From Hormiphora californensis (taxonomy: Eukaryota > Animalia > Ctenophora): a stretch of 64,000 nucleotides of DNA. Positions 1-12,302 of this stretch are shown here, one piece after another (the first letter of the stretch is position 1; each line of letters opens with the position of its first letter). Position numbers and translations under genes: made by a program. The notes under the pieces are model-generated. The model saw nothing but the letters and a program-made list of their open reading frames with translations, made no database searches and was not told the origin of the DNA. The DNA lies in the NCBI GenBank assembly GCA_020137815.1, contig CM035351.1, positions 248,001 through 312,000 on the forward strand, read 5' to 3'.

Positions 1-320
1 CTTTGGTTGATCTCTGTCACTGATGAGAACCTCCTGCACTTGAAAAGACTTAAACTTTGTCTTCACTGGGCACTGTCGAAGGACTATACCGTCCCGAAAA
101 AGAATTCCTATTCCTCCACCTCCTCTGTCTCCTCGTGGACATGATAAAATATCCCATCCATTATCCCTAATCTCCTGGAGTTTCCCAGTATCCGTAGACT
201 TCAAAAAGGTTTCCTGTACGAGACAGATATCACAATCCTCTTCTTCCAGATGAGAAATAACACCTCCAGTTTTGTTAACAAGAGAGCGAATGTACCAAAA
301 GTTTTCAGGACCTGACGGTA
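1..320 (-). pseudogene. Decayed LINE ORF2 N-terminal APE endonuclease fragment
   Basis: Minus-strand translation gives IRSLVNK, DICLVQETFL and WDILSCPRGDRGGG (APE-type motifs), interrupted by stops; runs off the window edge. Confidence 0.65.
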
Positions 321-411
321 ATATCGCACACGCTGCTCGACCTCTCACCCTTGTTTCTCACCCTTGTCTCGACAAGTTTCCTGCCACCCCAGTCCCCAGT
401 ACCCCACTCTC

Positions 412-782
412 GGTAAGCGGTAAAGGTTGACCCGTCTCCTGAGAATTATATTTTTATTTGGCCATAACTCAGCCATTTCTTGACTAATTTGCAAAATATT
501 GGGCACGTTGGAAAGAGGACATTGAGCTCTTTCAGATGAGCCCAAGAAAATCAAAATCGGCGCAAATTGCGCGGCTTTGCGCGGCGCAATGGCGCAAAAT
601 GCGCGTTTTCGCCACTACGCCGCGCAATTTGCGCCAATTTTCATTTTATTGGGCTCATTTTAAAGATCTTAATGTATTCTTTCCAATGAGCCCAAGATTT
701 TGCAAATTGGTCAAGAAATGGCTGAGTTATGGCCAAAACAGTTTTAAATTCTCAGGAGACGGGTCAACCTTTACCGCTTACC
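412..782. mobile_element. MITE with long TIRs and 9-bp TSD (Mutator-like)
   Basis: Ends GGTAAGCGGTAAAGGTTGACCCGTCTCCTGAGAATT and its reverse complement; CCCACTCTC at 403-411 and 783-791. Confidence 0.85.
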
Positions 783-1879
783 CCCACTCTCACCCTTGTT
801 TCTCACCCTTGTTTCTCACCCTTGTTTCTCACCCTTGTCTCGACGAGCCCGAGGCCAGGTGTAGGGAGTGTAAACTCAGGATCGTAGTAAGCGTCTTTAT
901 ACAAGTTGAGAACTGAAGATTTGCCAACACCACAATCCCCAACACAGGTAAACTGAATGAGGGGATTTGATGAAATAAAGGGGGATCTAAAGGGACCTTG
1001 TCACTTGACATATATGTCATAGACCATGGTAAATATTTCACAAAGAGATATCATTATTATTATCATTATTACCTTCCACAGGTAATCGTATTGGACATCC
1101 CTGAGATATTCATCACTGCCATTGACATAGCTGAGGGGGGCCTTGACAAATGTCAAATTGTCAGGCCCAGATAGAGTGTTGTAGTTTTGAGGTTTCTTAA
1201 CTTTCTTTCTCTTTTGGCTGGCAATGAGCCCGTAACTGGAGTTAAAAGATTCCGCATCGGATACAGTGCTCATGATGTAGCTATAAGGAGGGGAATTTGG
1301 ATGAAATTAAAACTAATAATACGATTAAATACGATCATTAGTTTTAGTAGGTTGATCACAACACTGTATTGATTGATATAGTACACTACAGTACAACAAG
1401 AAATAACAGAGCAGTGAGCTATAAGGCTCTGAGGTATATCTTGAGGGTAGGAATGTTAGAATGCCAGATTTGTAAAGTTCGTACACGTGAGAAGAATCTT
1501 TGAAAAAAGAAAAAACTGGAAAACAAATAAGGCCATGGTTTCAAAACAGTAGATAAAAAACAAAATGAATGGACAGTAAAATATCAATATAAGGGAGCAA
1601 AGGAAGCTAGTTAAGTAGAGCTAAGTAGATAGAACGGGAGCTGCATGGCTTGACAAAAGGTGGTCTGCAAATGACGCACATAGCATGTACATGTGGGATC
1701 TCCCAATATGAGCGAGATACTGTTCAACAGATCTGAATATCTTTATCTGAAAATAGAGTCAGTAGTCACCCGAGTTTGGGTAGAAACTGGTACAAGTCAC
1801 ATGCCTAAACCTCGAATTTTAGAATGTTTAAAGAATCTGACTTTACCCTATTGGGTATTATTCTCCATGTTTTGAGTTC

Positions 1880-2074
1880 TCTCTCTCCAAGTTACTCTCA
1901 CTTCTCTTCTTGTTGAGTAAGGAGTGGTCTCAACAAATCTCTCCAAGTAACTCTCTATCTCCTCCTCTCTCACTTCTCTTCTTGTTGAGTAAGGAGTGGT
2001 CTCAACAAATCTCTCCAAGTAACTCTCTATCTCCTCCTCTCTCACTTCTCTTCTTGTTGAGTAAGGAGTGGTCT
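1880..2074. repeat. Short tandem repeat (~70 bp unit, ~3 copies) interrupted by the L2 insertion
   Basis: CTCTCACTTCTCTTCTTGTTGAGTAAGGAGTGGTCT repeated; a related unit resumes after ~3393 (AATCTCTCCAAATAAC). Confidence 0.75.
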
Positions 2075-3393
2075 ATAATAATAATAATAATAATAACTGG
2101 AGCTTATATACCGCCCATATTTAACAGTATCAGAGTAATATAATTAACACTGAACTGTCAAATCATCAGAGCGGTATATCCTAGGTGTAATATATAATGC
2201 TTCACACAAAACAACACTGGGTAGAAAAAAAACGTTTAAAGTAGACTAATACAGGTGACTATGTAATGGTAACTGAGAAAATAATCGGGTCTCATAAACC
2301 TGTCGATATAAATTTAACACACTCTATACTCACACCAGCTTGAAAACAAGGTACTAGGTAATGAAAGCCGAAATGAAATAAAAGGGATGACACCAATTGC
2401 CCACGGCCAAGTACCTATACCAGAACCGTGGGAACCTCGCCGAATGCCACAGTGAACAGATGAGTCTTTAACCGAGATTTGAAGGTGTCCACATTAGGAA
2501 TAGATCTTAGTTGGAAGGGAAGTTCATTCCACACCGTTGGCAGGAACACAGATATCCTCCTCCGTCTTAGCTTTGAGTTAGCATTGATACTGGACATCTT
2601 AGGGTGTTTGAGCCTGTAGGGATCAAGAACCCCTGTCATCCGTGTAGTTCTAGATGCTCCCCAACAATCATCAAGAGGTACCAAATCTTGAAGGTATTCC
2701 GGTGCTGTACCGCTGACTATCTTGTAGGCTATTAAGCAAGCTTTGAAAGTAAGTCTCTGAGTGATCGGAAGAATATGGCACTGCCGGAAGAAATCCATGT
2801 AGTCTTCCTGGTGCCCACGGAGGTTATAGATGAAGCGAATACAGGAATTGAGAACTTTCTGGAGCCCATCCAAGATCTTTCTAGGTAGTCCACAATACAG
2901 TATGTTACTGTAATCAATCTTAGATATCACCAACTGCTTTACTAGCATAATCTTCGTTGAAACATCGAAACATTTGTTCAGTTGCCAGAGATTCCTCAAC
3001 ACCAAGCCACACTGTTTCCGCACGTTGTTGACCTGCCTCTCCATTGTCAGATTATGATCCAAAAGAACACCAAGAGTTTTACCATCCGTTCCACTACACT
3101 CCGTTGGGTAAATATCTTCGCCTCCAAAGTTGATGACCGGTTCAAATGACATCTTACTGATTGAGCTGCTCTTGCCAACTAGAATGAACTCCGTCTTTGC
3201 CTCATTGCACTTCAGCCACTGTTCCACCATCCACTTCTTCAGCTTAGCAAGGCATTCTTCAATGTCCGCCTTCGTCCTCATCCATCCTATAGGGTCCGTG
3301 GGTACAAGACTGACATATAATTGGGAGTCGTCTGCATACACCTTAATCCGTAGTCCATAAGGTTTCACAATGTCCTGTATAGCCTCGATGTAA
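2075..3393 (-). mobile_element. 5'-truncated L2/CR1-group LINE (RT C-terminus, 3'UTR, (TAT)n tail)
   Basis: ORF 2415-3368 has YADDSQLY, LKCNEAKTEFI, LGVLLDHNLTM, SKIDYSNILYCGLP and FKSRLKTHLF; (ATA)n at 2075-2095 is the 3' tail. Confidence 0.9.
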
Positions 3394-4198
3394 ATCTCTC
3401 CAAATAACTTTCTCTATCTCTCATCTTGTTGGGTGGTCTCACGCCCTCTCATTGTACCCACAAAAGGGTTACAATCTAATATAATCAGGGGCTGGTAGTG
3501 AGACCGCAGAATCTGCTGTGTGCTCCGCACAAAAGACTAGCAAATTTGAGTGAGTTGTACGGAAAAGCTTGCCGAGAGAGCAAATAACGGAATTTTTCCA
3601 AATTTTTTTCACTGTGGGATTCACAAGACCGTCACCTATAGCCCAGTGAAATCCCCGTGAAAAACGGTTAATTACAAGGTTCGCAGTGATCAAAACCGTA
3701 AACAACTTCATTTTTCAGTTTTCTTCATTTTTGAGAGGGTAGAGCTCTTTACCAGACTGTCACTCAAAATTGAGATAGAAAATCGAAAAAAATCGTCAAG
3801 TGTGTATCTCAAAATTGTCCATTCTTTCGATTCCCGGGTTTTTTGAAACTCCTAGGGCAACCGTCTAGGGTGCAACCTCAAAAAACTTTGAAAACACCGT
3901 TTTTTTGAGCGCCGGATGAATTCTGCGGTCTCACTCAAAGTCACGTGACTTAGGACTAATTAGGCAAGTGAGAGCTGGGTTGTGAGACCGCAGAATGTGT
4001 TGTAATTCGTATATTCATATGAATCTCTCTCCCTCCCTCTCTTCAACACCACATTCTCTCCTTTTGAGTGTAGAAACACACCAAGGGGGGGGGGGAGTCT
4101 TTGGCCTTTCCTCGATCGAGTTGATCAGAAACTGGGAGAGTGCAGTGGGCAGTGGCTGTAAAAATGAAAATATAGTCAAAGCTTTCATCATCATCTGC

Positions 4199-4275
<77 letters not shown>

Positions 4276-4364
4276 CTAGTCTCTCGATAAATCATAAGGC
4301 TGTAAAAAGCCTGGATATCTATCTCAATCTCTGATTTTTCAAGGGTAACTTATTCCTGTTCGTT

Positions 4365-4407
<43 letters not shown>

Positions 4408-4727
4408 AGAATGAGAGAGAGACTGAGAATGAGAGAGGGTTGGAGAGAATGAGAGAAGTGCTGACAATATAGTGGTACTGGGCACTTGCGTCTCCTTCGG
4501 TTATTATAATAACACGGTGCCAACAGTAGTTGGCTCCATTGCAACCTATTCTCGCTCCGTGTGAGATCGATCTCGGTCGCTGTGCGACCTCGATCTCACT
4601 CAGGTATCAATGTGACCAACAACAGTAGCTGGCTGCTTAGTGGCTATACCGTAATCCTACCAAACCAAACCAGAGAATGAGAGAGAATGAGAAAGAGAGG
4701 GAATAACGACTAAGAAGATCTAGGTAC

Positions 4728-6191
4728 CGGGGGGGGGGGGGGGATCACCCTAACTGTATCAGACATCCATGCCCCTAAATGCCCCTAACTGTCCCAGGTG
4801 AAGAAAAAAACCACCCCACCCCCCTTGATTATGACAGTTAGGGTCATCCTCTAACTGTCTCACAACCCAAATTTTGGGACCCACCCCCCTATTTTCCGAA
4901 AAATGCCACTTTTTTGAGGTTTTGGGGAACATCTATCTGCCACAGACACCCAAAAGTTGGGACCCACACCTATTTTTCCAGAAAATTTCAAATTTTTGAC
5001 AGTTAGGGGTCCTCCTCTAACTGTCTCCTTACCCAAATTTTTGGACCCACCCCCAAAAATAGTTCGCACATAACCCCAAATTTTCAGTGTGATGCCTGAC
5101 CAAAATCGTAGCGTGCAAAAATATTTCACTGTGGTGCCTTCAGGACCTAAAATTCCCAAATTTTGACCCAAATTTCCAAAATTTTGACAGTTAAAATGCC
5201 ACTGTCCGGGAAAATCGGGGGGGGGCCGGCTGAAGTTTTTGAAGTTTTTGAAGTCAACTTCAAAAACTTCAAAGAGAAACTTAGGGTGGAAAACTTCAAA
5301 AACTTCAAAAACTTCAAAAACTCATATCTCCTAAACCGTTGGAGATAGGCCCTATGTTGCTTCATAACTCTTATATAAACTTGCATATTCCGAACAAGAT
5401 GCACCCCTTTAAAAAGCCTATAGTCACTCATAAACCATTAAAACTGGTCTAGCCCAAAAAAAGTCATGCGCACACACAAAATTATGAAAATATCCCATTA
5501 TCCCTCGAATTAGATGAGGTGGAGACTTCATTTTGGCACGTACCCCCACTAACTCGAGGCCGCTGATGATTTTGGTGACCATATTTTTTTCACTGCTCCC
5601 TTCATAAAAAATTTGCATTTTGTGAAACTGGCAAAAAGGGTGTGGCCCCAAAAAAATTTTGAAAATTTACTTCATATTTTTTAAACACTTTCTTAGCATT
5701 TTCTAGGCAATATTTTGAGTTATAGAATGAAAATAAAATCTGTTTTTACAAAAAATTTAAATTTTTTACACCAAATTGTGTCATGGATTTCATGGTTAGG
5801 AATCATTGTAAATATCCTAATTTGTGGTAGAAAAAGTGCAGACAAGTACGGATAACCTTGCCACAATATGTATTAAGCATGAAACTAACCTAAACAAGTG
5901 TAATAATAGTCACTGATAGCATAAAAAAGTAGTTTAGAGTTTTTGAAGTTTTTGAAGTTTTTGAAGTCAACTTCAAAAACTTCAAAAACTCAAAAAGTAG
6001 GGTGGAAAACTTCAAACTTCAAAAACTTCAGCCGGCCCCCCCCCGGAAAATCCTAACTGTCCGGGTCCCTTCGGGACCCCTACACCCCCAAAATTTTGAC
6101 AGTTAGGGGAAACCCCTAACTGTCTGCCGACTGGGTCCCTTCGGGACCCACCCACCCTAACCACCATAGATGTCTGATACAGACCCCCCCG
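4728..6191. mobile_element. Nested TIR element with many CTAACTGTC/GACAGTTAG subterminal motifs
   Basis: G-run + CTGTATCAGACATC (4754) versus GATGTCTGATACAG + C-run (6169-6190); TSD unclear. Confidence 0.55.
5217..6044. mobile_element. Nested MITE with G9-CCGGCTGAAG TIRs and 8-bp TSD GGAAAATC
   Basis: TIR pair seen directly; GGAAAATC at 5209-5216 and 6045-6052; AAAAACTTC subrepeats. Confidence 0.85.
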
Positions 6192-6511
6192 TAGGTAGGT
6201 ACTAGTATTATAGGTCTGGGTTGATCCTCAGAAATTGTCCTCATTTATGGCCACCCAGTGTTATACCATCTTCTCTTCGAGGTGATGATAGAAATAAGAG
6301 ATGAACCACATACACGGTGCTGAGAATGTCAACATAGCGTGGACGGGTCTCGGGTACTGGGCAATAGTTATTATCAACCTCTTGGGCATCTCGCACCCCT
6401 CTGACCTCTGTTTTGTACAGGGCTTGGCCGCTACACAGCCAACTCAAGTTCCTTCTCTTTCTCTATCCTTTGGCTGATCGCAACTAGATGAGAGAGACCC
6501 CCCTCTCTCTC

Positions 6512-6604
<93 letters not shown>

Positions 6605-6647
6605 CTCTCTCCCTCTCTATCTCTCTCTCTCTTTCTCTCTCGATCTC

Positions 6648-6734
<87 letters not shown>

Positions 6735-6867
6735 GTCTCTCTCGATCTCTTTCAATAAAACTTCAAGAAAAACAAAGTATGATTTCAGAGATATCCAGGC
6801 TTTTTACAGCCTTACGATTTATCGAGAGACTAGAAGAGACTAGAGAGAGAGAGATATAGAGAGAGAG

Positions 6868-6939
<72 letters not shown>

Positions 6940-7889
6940 GCAGATGATGATGAAAGCTTTGACTATATTTTCATTTTTACAGCCACTGCCCACTGCACTC
7001 TCCCGGTTTCTGATCAACTCGATCGAGGAAAGGCCAAAGACTCTCCCCCCCCCCCCTCCTTGGTGTGTTTCTACACTCAAAAAAGAGAGAATGTGGTGTT
7101 GAAGAGAGGGAGGGAGAGAGATTCATATGAATATACGAATTACAACACATTCTGCGGTCTCACAACCCAGCTCTCACTTGCCTAATTAGTCCTAAGTCAC
7201 GTGACTTTGAGTGAGACCGCAGAATTCATCCGGCGCTCAAAAAAAACGGTGTTTTCAAAGTTTTTTGAGGTTGCACCCTAGACGGTTGCCCTAGGAGTTT
7301 CAAAAAACCCGGGAATCGAAAGAATGGACAATTTTGAGATACACACTTGACGATTTTTTTCGATTTTCTATCTCAATTTTGAGTGACAGTCTGGTAAAGA
7401 GCTCTACCCTCTCAAAAATGAAGAAAACTGAAAAATGAAGTTGTTTACTGTTTTGATCACTGCGAACCTTGTAATTAACCGTTTTTCACGGGGATTTCAC
7501 TGGGCTATAGGTGACGGTCTTGTGAATCCCACAGTGAAAAAAATTTGGAAAAATTCCGTTATTTGCTCTCTCGGCAAGCTTTTCCGTACAACTCACTCAA
7601 ATTTGCTAGTCTTTTGTGCAGAGCACACAGCAGATTCTGCGGTCTCACTACCAGCCCCTGATAATGAACCCAAATAAGGGCACCCATGTGTAACACACCC
7701 GTGGCACTAGTCCACTAGACATATAGTAGTAGTAATGATTTGGTACTGATATATCACACTGTGCACTCAGTGTAGGCATTGCGCTGACCCATTGCGCTGA
7801 CCCTAAGAGGAGCGAGGGGAGTGTGTAGGCATTGCGATGACCCTTTCTCGTGCCCTTAGCCAGGAGCAAGGGGAGTGGTCAGTGACCAG

Positions 7890-10838
7890 TTGTCACTGAC
7901 AACTGGTCACTGACAACTGGTCACTGACAACTGGTCACTGACAACTGGTCACTGACAACTGGTCACTAAGAACTGGTCACTGAGAACTGGTCACTGACAA
8001 CTGGTCACTGACAACTGGTCACTGACAACTGGTCACTGACAACTGGTCACTGACAACTGGTCACTGACAACTGGTCACTGACAACTGGTCACTGACAACT
8101 GGTCACTGACAACTGGTCACTGACAACTGGTCACTGACAACTGGTCACTGACAACTGGTCACTGACAACTGGTCACTGACAACTGGTCACTAAGAACTGG
8201 TCACTGACAACTGGTCACTGACAACTGGTCACTGACAACTGGTCACTGACAACTGGTCACTGACAACTGGTCACTGACAACTGGTCACTGACAACTGGTC
8301 ACTGACAACTGGTCACTGACAACTGGTCACTGACAACTGGTCACTGACAACTGGTCACTGACAACTGGTCACTGACAACTGGTCACTGACAACTGGTCAC
8401 TGACAACTGGTCACTGACAACTGGTCACTGACAACTGGTCACTGACAACTGGTCACTGACAACTGGTCACTGACAACTGGTCACTGACAACTGGTCACTG
8501 ACAACTGGTCACTGACAACTGGTCACTGACAACTGGTCACTGACAACTGGTCACTGACAACTGGTCACTGACAACTGGTCACTGACAACTGGTCACTGAC
8601 AACTGGTCACTGACAACTGGTCACTGACAACTGGTCACTGACAACTGGTCACTGACAACTGGTCACTGACAACTGGTCACTGACAACTGGTCACTGACAA
8701 CTGGTCACTGACAACTGGTCACTGACAACTGGTCACTGACAACTGGTCACTGACAACTGGTCACTGACAACTGGTCACTGACAACTGGTCACTGACAACT
8801 GGTCACTGACAACTGGTCACTGACAACTGGTCACTGACAACTGGTCACTGACAACTGGTCACTGACAACTGGTCACTGACAACTGGTCACTGACAACTGG
8901 TCACTGACAACTGGTCACTGACAACTGGTCACTGACAACTGGTCACTGACAACTGGTCACTGACAACTGGTCACTGACAACTGGTCACTGACAACTGGTC
9001 ACTGACAACTGGTCACTGACAACTGGTCACTGACAACTGGTCACTGACAACTGGTCACTGACAACTGGTCACTGACAACTGGTCACTGACAACTGGTCAC
9101 TGACAACTGGTCACTGACAACTGGTCACTGACAACTGGTCACTGACAACTGGTCACTGACAACTGGTCACTGACAACTGGTCACTGACAACTGGTCACTG
9201 ACAACTGGTCACTGACAACTGGTCACTGACAACTGGTCACTGACAACTGGTCACTGACAACTGGTCACTGACAACTGGTCACTGACAACTGGTCACTGAC
9301 AACTGGTCACTGACAACTGGTCACTGACAACTGGTCACTGACAACTGGTCACTGACAACTGGTCACTGACAACTGGTCACTGACAACTGGTCACTGACAA
9401 CTGGTCACTGACAACTGGTCACTGACAACTGGTCACTGACAACTGGTCACTGACAACTGGTCACTGACAACTGGTCACTGACAACACTGGTCACTGACAA
9501 CTGGTCACTGACAACTGGTCACTGACAACTGGTCACTGACAACTGGTCACTGACAACTGGTCACTGACAACTGGTCACTGACAACTGGTCACTGACAACT
9601 GGTCACTGACAACTGGTCACTGACAACTGGTCACTGACAACTGGTCACTGACAACTGGTCACTGACAACTGGTCACTGACAACTGGTCACTGACAACTGG
9701 TCACTGACAACTGGTCACTGACAACTGGTCACTGACAACTGGTCACTGACAACTGGTCACTGACAACTGGTCACTGACAACTGGTCACTGACAACTGGTC
9801 ACTGACAACTGGTCACTGACAACTGGTCACTGACAACTGGTCACTGACAACTGGTCACTGACAACTGGTCACTGACAACTGGTCACTGACAACTGGTCAC
9901 TGACAACTGGTCACTGACAACTGGTCACTGACAACTGGTCACTGACAACTGGTCACTGACAACTGGTCACTGACAACTGGTCACTGACAACTGGTCACTG
10001 ACAACTGGTCACTGACAACTGGTCACTGACAACTGGTCACTGACAACTGGTCACTGACAACTGGTCACTGACAACTGGTCACTGACAACTGGTCACTGAC
10101 AACTGGTCACTGACAACTGGTCACTAAGAACTGGTCACTGACAACTGGTCACTGACAACTGGTCACTGACAACTGGTCACTGACAACTGGTCACTGACAA
10201 CTGGTCACTGACAACTGGTCACTGACAACTGGTCACTGACAACTGGTCACTAAGAACTGGTCACTGACAACTGGTCACTGACAACTGGTCACTGACAACT
10301 GGTCACTGACAACTGGTCACTGACAACTGGTCACTGACAACTGGTCACTGACAACTGGTCACTGACAACTGGTCACTAAGAACTGGTCACTGACAACTGG
10401 TCACTGACAACTGGTCACTGACAACTGGTCACTGACAACTGGTCACTGACAACTGGTCACTGACAACTGGTCACTGACAACTGGTCACTGACAACTGGTC
10501 ACTGACAACTGGTCACTGACAACTGGTCACTGACAACTGGTCACTGACAACTGGTCACTGACAACTGGTCACTGACAACTGGTCACTAAGAACTGGTCAC
10601 TGACAACTGGTCACTGACAACTGGTCACTGACAACTGGTCACTGACAACTGGTCACTGACAACTGGTCACTGACAACTGGTCACTGACAACTGGTCACTG
10701 ACAACTGGTCACTGACAACTGGTCACTGACAACTGGTCACTGACAACTGGTCACTGACAACTGGTCACTGACAACTGGTCACTGACAACTGGTCACTGAC
10801 AACTGGTCACTGACAACTGGTCACTGACAACTGGTCAG
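7890..10838. repeat. 14-bp minisatellite (CTGGTCACTGACAA)n, roughly 210 units
   Basis: Near-perfect tandem units with occasional CTGGTCACTAAGAA variants. Confidence 0.98.
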
Positions 10839-12302
10839 GAGCAAGGGGAGTGGTCACTATGACAACTAGTCAGGAATCGTGCTGACAGATCATCTTACTA
10901 CCAGCTGAGTTGATCCCTATATAAGGAATGAGAGAGATCGTGATACTGTAGCGACATTGCAGTACATATTATTAAGTCGCCTGACACTGTGCTCCGCACA
11001 ATTCATAGTACATAGGAGAGGTTGCCGAGCTGTGATATAACGCACTTAGAACACGCGTTGGTACTGACAGGAGTACTGTATAAGTTATACCTCCCTTATA
11101 AGCTGCTGGAACGGACTACTACTACTAAGCTATACCTCCCCGCAATCACTCTCAGGTCCCCCCGTAGAGAGAGAAAGAGAGTCAAATATACCGCACAAGT
11201 TAGTACATGCAACCATTACAAAACTGGAATGACACATGCGGGCACGGTGTACCCTCTCTTGTGAACATGTGAGAGGACAGCGCAGGAGGGAGAGAGGGGA
11301 GTAGAGGGGATATCAAGAATGACACATGGGGGAACTAAACTCATTTTACCAAGGAATTCTTCAGAGAGTAGGCACTTAGTTGAAATGTTTTAGATTCACA
11401 ATACTATGAGTGGTAAAATAGGGATCATATAGTACATAACTCCCTCCCGCGCGGGCATCTATTCAATAGACGCACTGCAGAGCAGTGCGTCTATTGAGCT
11501 GTAATGCACGGGTCCCGAAGGGACCGTGCATTACAGCCCTGTAAATCCCGAGCGTCAGCGAGGGGTTTACAGGTATATCTGCACGCAAGGGAGGGAGTTG
11601 TGTTCTATAGACCCCGCTGGCGGGCACCTAGAAGCAAAACAAGCACAAATTAGGTGGTTTTCGAACAGAGAGCTCACACAAAACGGGTCAAACAGTTGGA
11701 AATGAAGCTACAGAGTGCCTCTCTACATTCCTACACACTCGTAACAATCGTCGTAACAGTTTCAAAGGGTGGAATGCAGAGAGAGATTACAGTTAATTGT
11801 GGGTCATGAGCAACAGTTGCAACAGACTGGCGGGCGCCAAATCTAGACAGAGAGCGTTGTAGGTTGTACACATACTCCCTCTTGTGTTACCAAGTCATTT
11901 TATCTTGTTTCCAGTGATTCTTTGTGATCTTTACACAAATCTGTCAGAGGGCGTGCGTCTAGATCGAGACACAAACTCACGGCAGTGCACGGCCCAATAG
12001 ACCAGTGCAAATTGTTTGAGCGCGCCGTGCGTCTATTTGAGCCGGCGGGGTCTATATAATGCTAAATTTAATGGGCCTCAACCAATGGTGCTACTAAGTT
12101 GTTGGGGTGCCCAGGTGCCGTCATTTACCACACAATGCCTCGACCAAGCGTGACACCAAACAAATGAAGGACATCTTGCCAGAGAGAGAGAGAGAGGAAA
12201 TAAAGAGGGGGGGGGGGTGAACACAATATATCAATTTGTTTGGCACAACAAGCATCATCAACAACACATTTCCTTCTTTTCTCTCTCCCTCTCTCTCTCT
12301 CC
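10836..12302. repeat. Segment duplicated at 14349-~15180
   Basis: Near-identical sequence (same 80-aa pseudo-ORF at 11022 and 14535); the second copy lacks the 11428-12057 insertion. Confidence 0.95.
11428..12057. mobile_element. Non-coding TATA-ended insertion with cloverleaf and internal inverted junction copy
   Basis: Absent from the paralogous copy (GGGATCATATAATGCTAAA at ~14934); hairpins at ~11465-11575; internal GGGAGGGAGTTGTGTTCTATAGACCCCGCTGGC is complementary to both ends. Confidence 0.85.

Larger units (their letters stand above)
3486..7660. mobile_element. Non-autonomous foldback DNA element with ~840-bp inverted arms and 5-bp TSD ATAAT
   Basis: 3486-~4325 is the reverse complement of ~6790-7660 (identical 80-aa pseudo-ORF on opposite strands); termini CAGGGGCTGGTAGTGAGACC; ATAAT at 3481-3485 and 7661-7665. 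Confidence 0.9.

Noticed and set aside
6488-6940. SL/RE-repeat ORFs (also 3995-4544, 16458-16694)
   Set aside because: (CT)n/(GA)n microsatellites.
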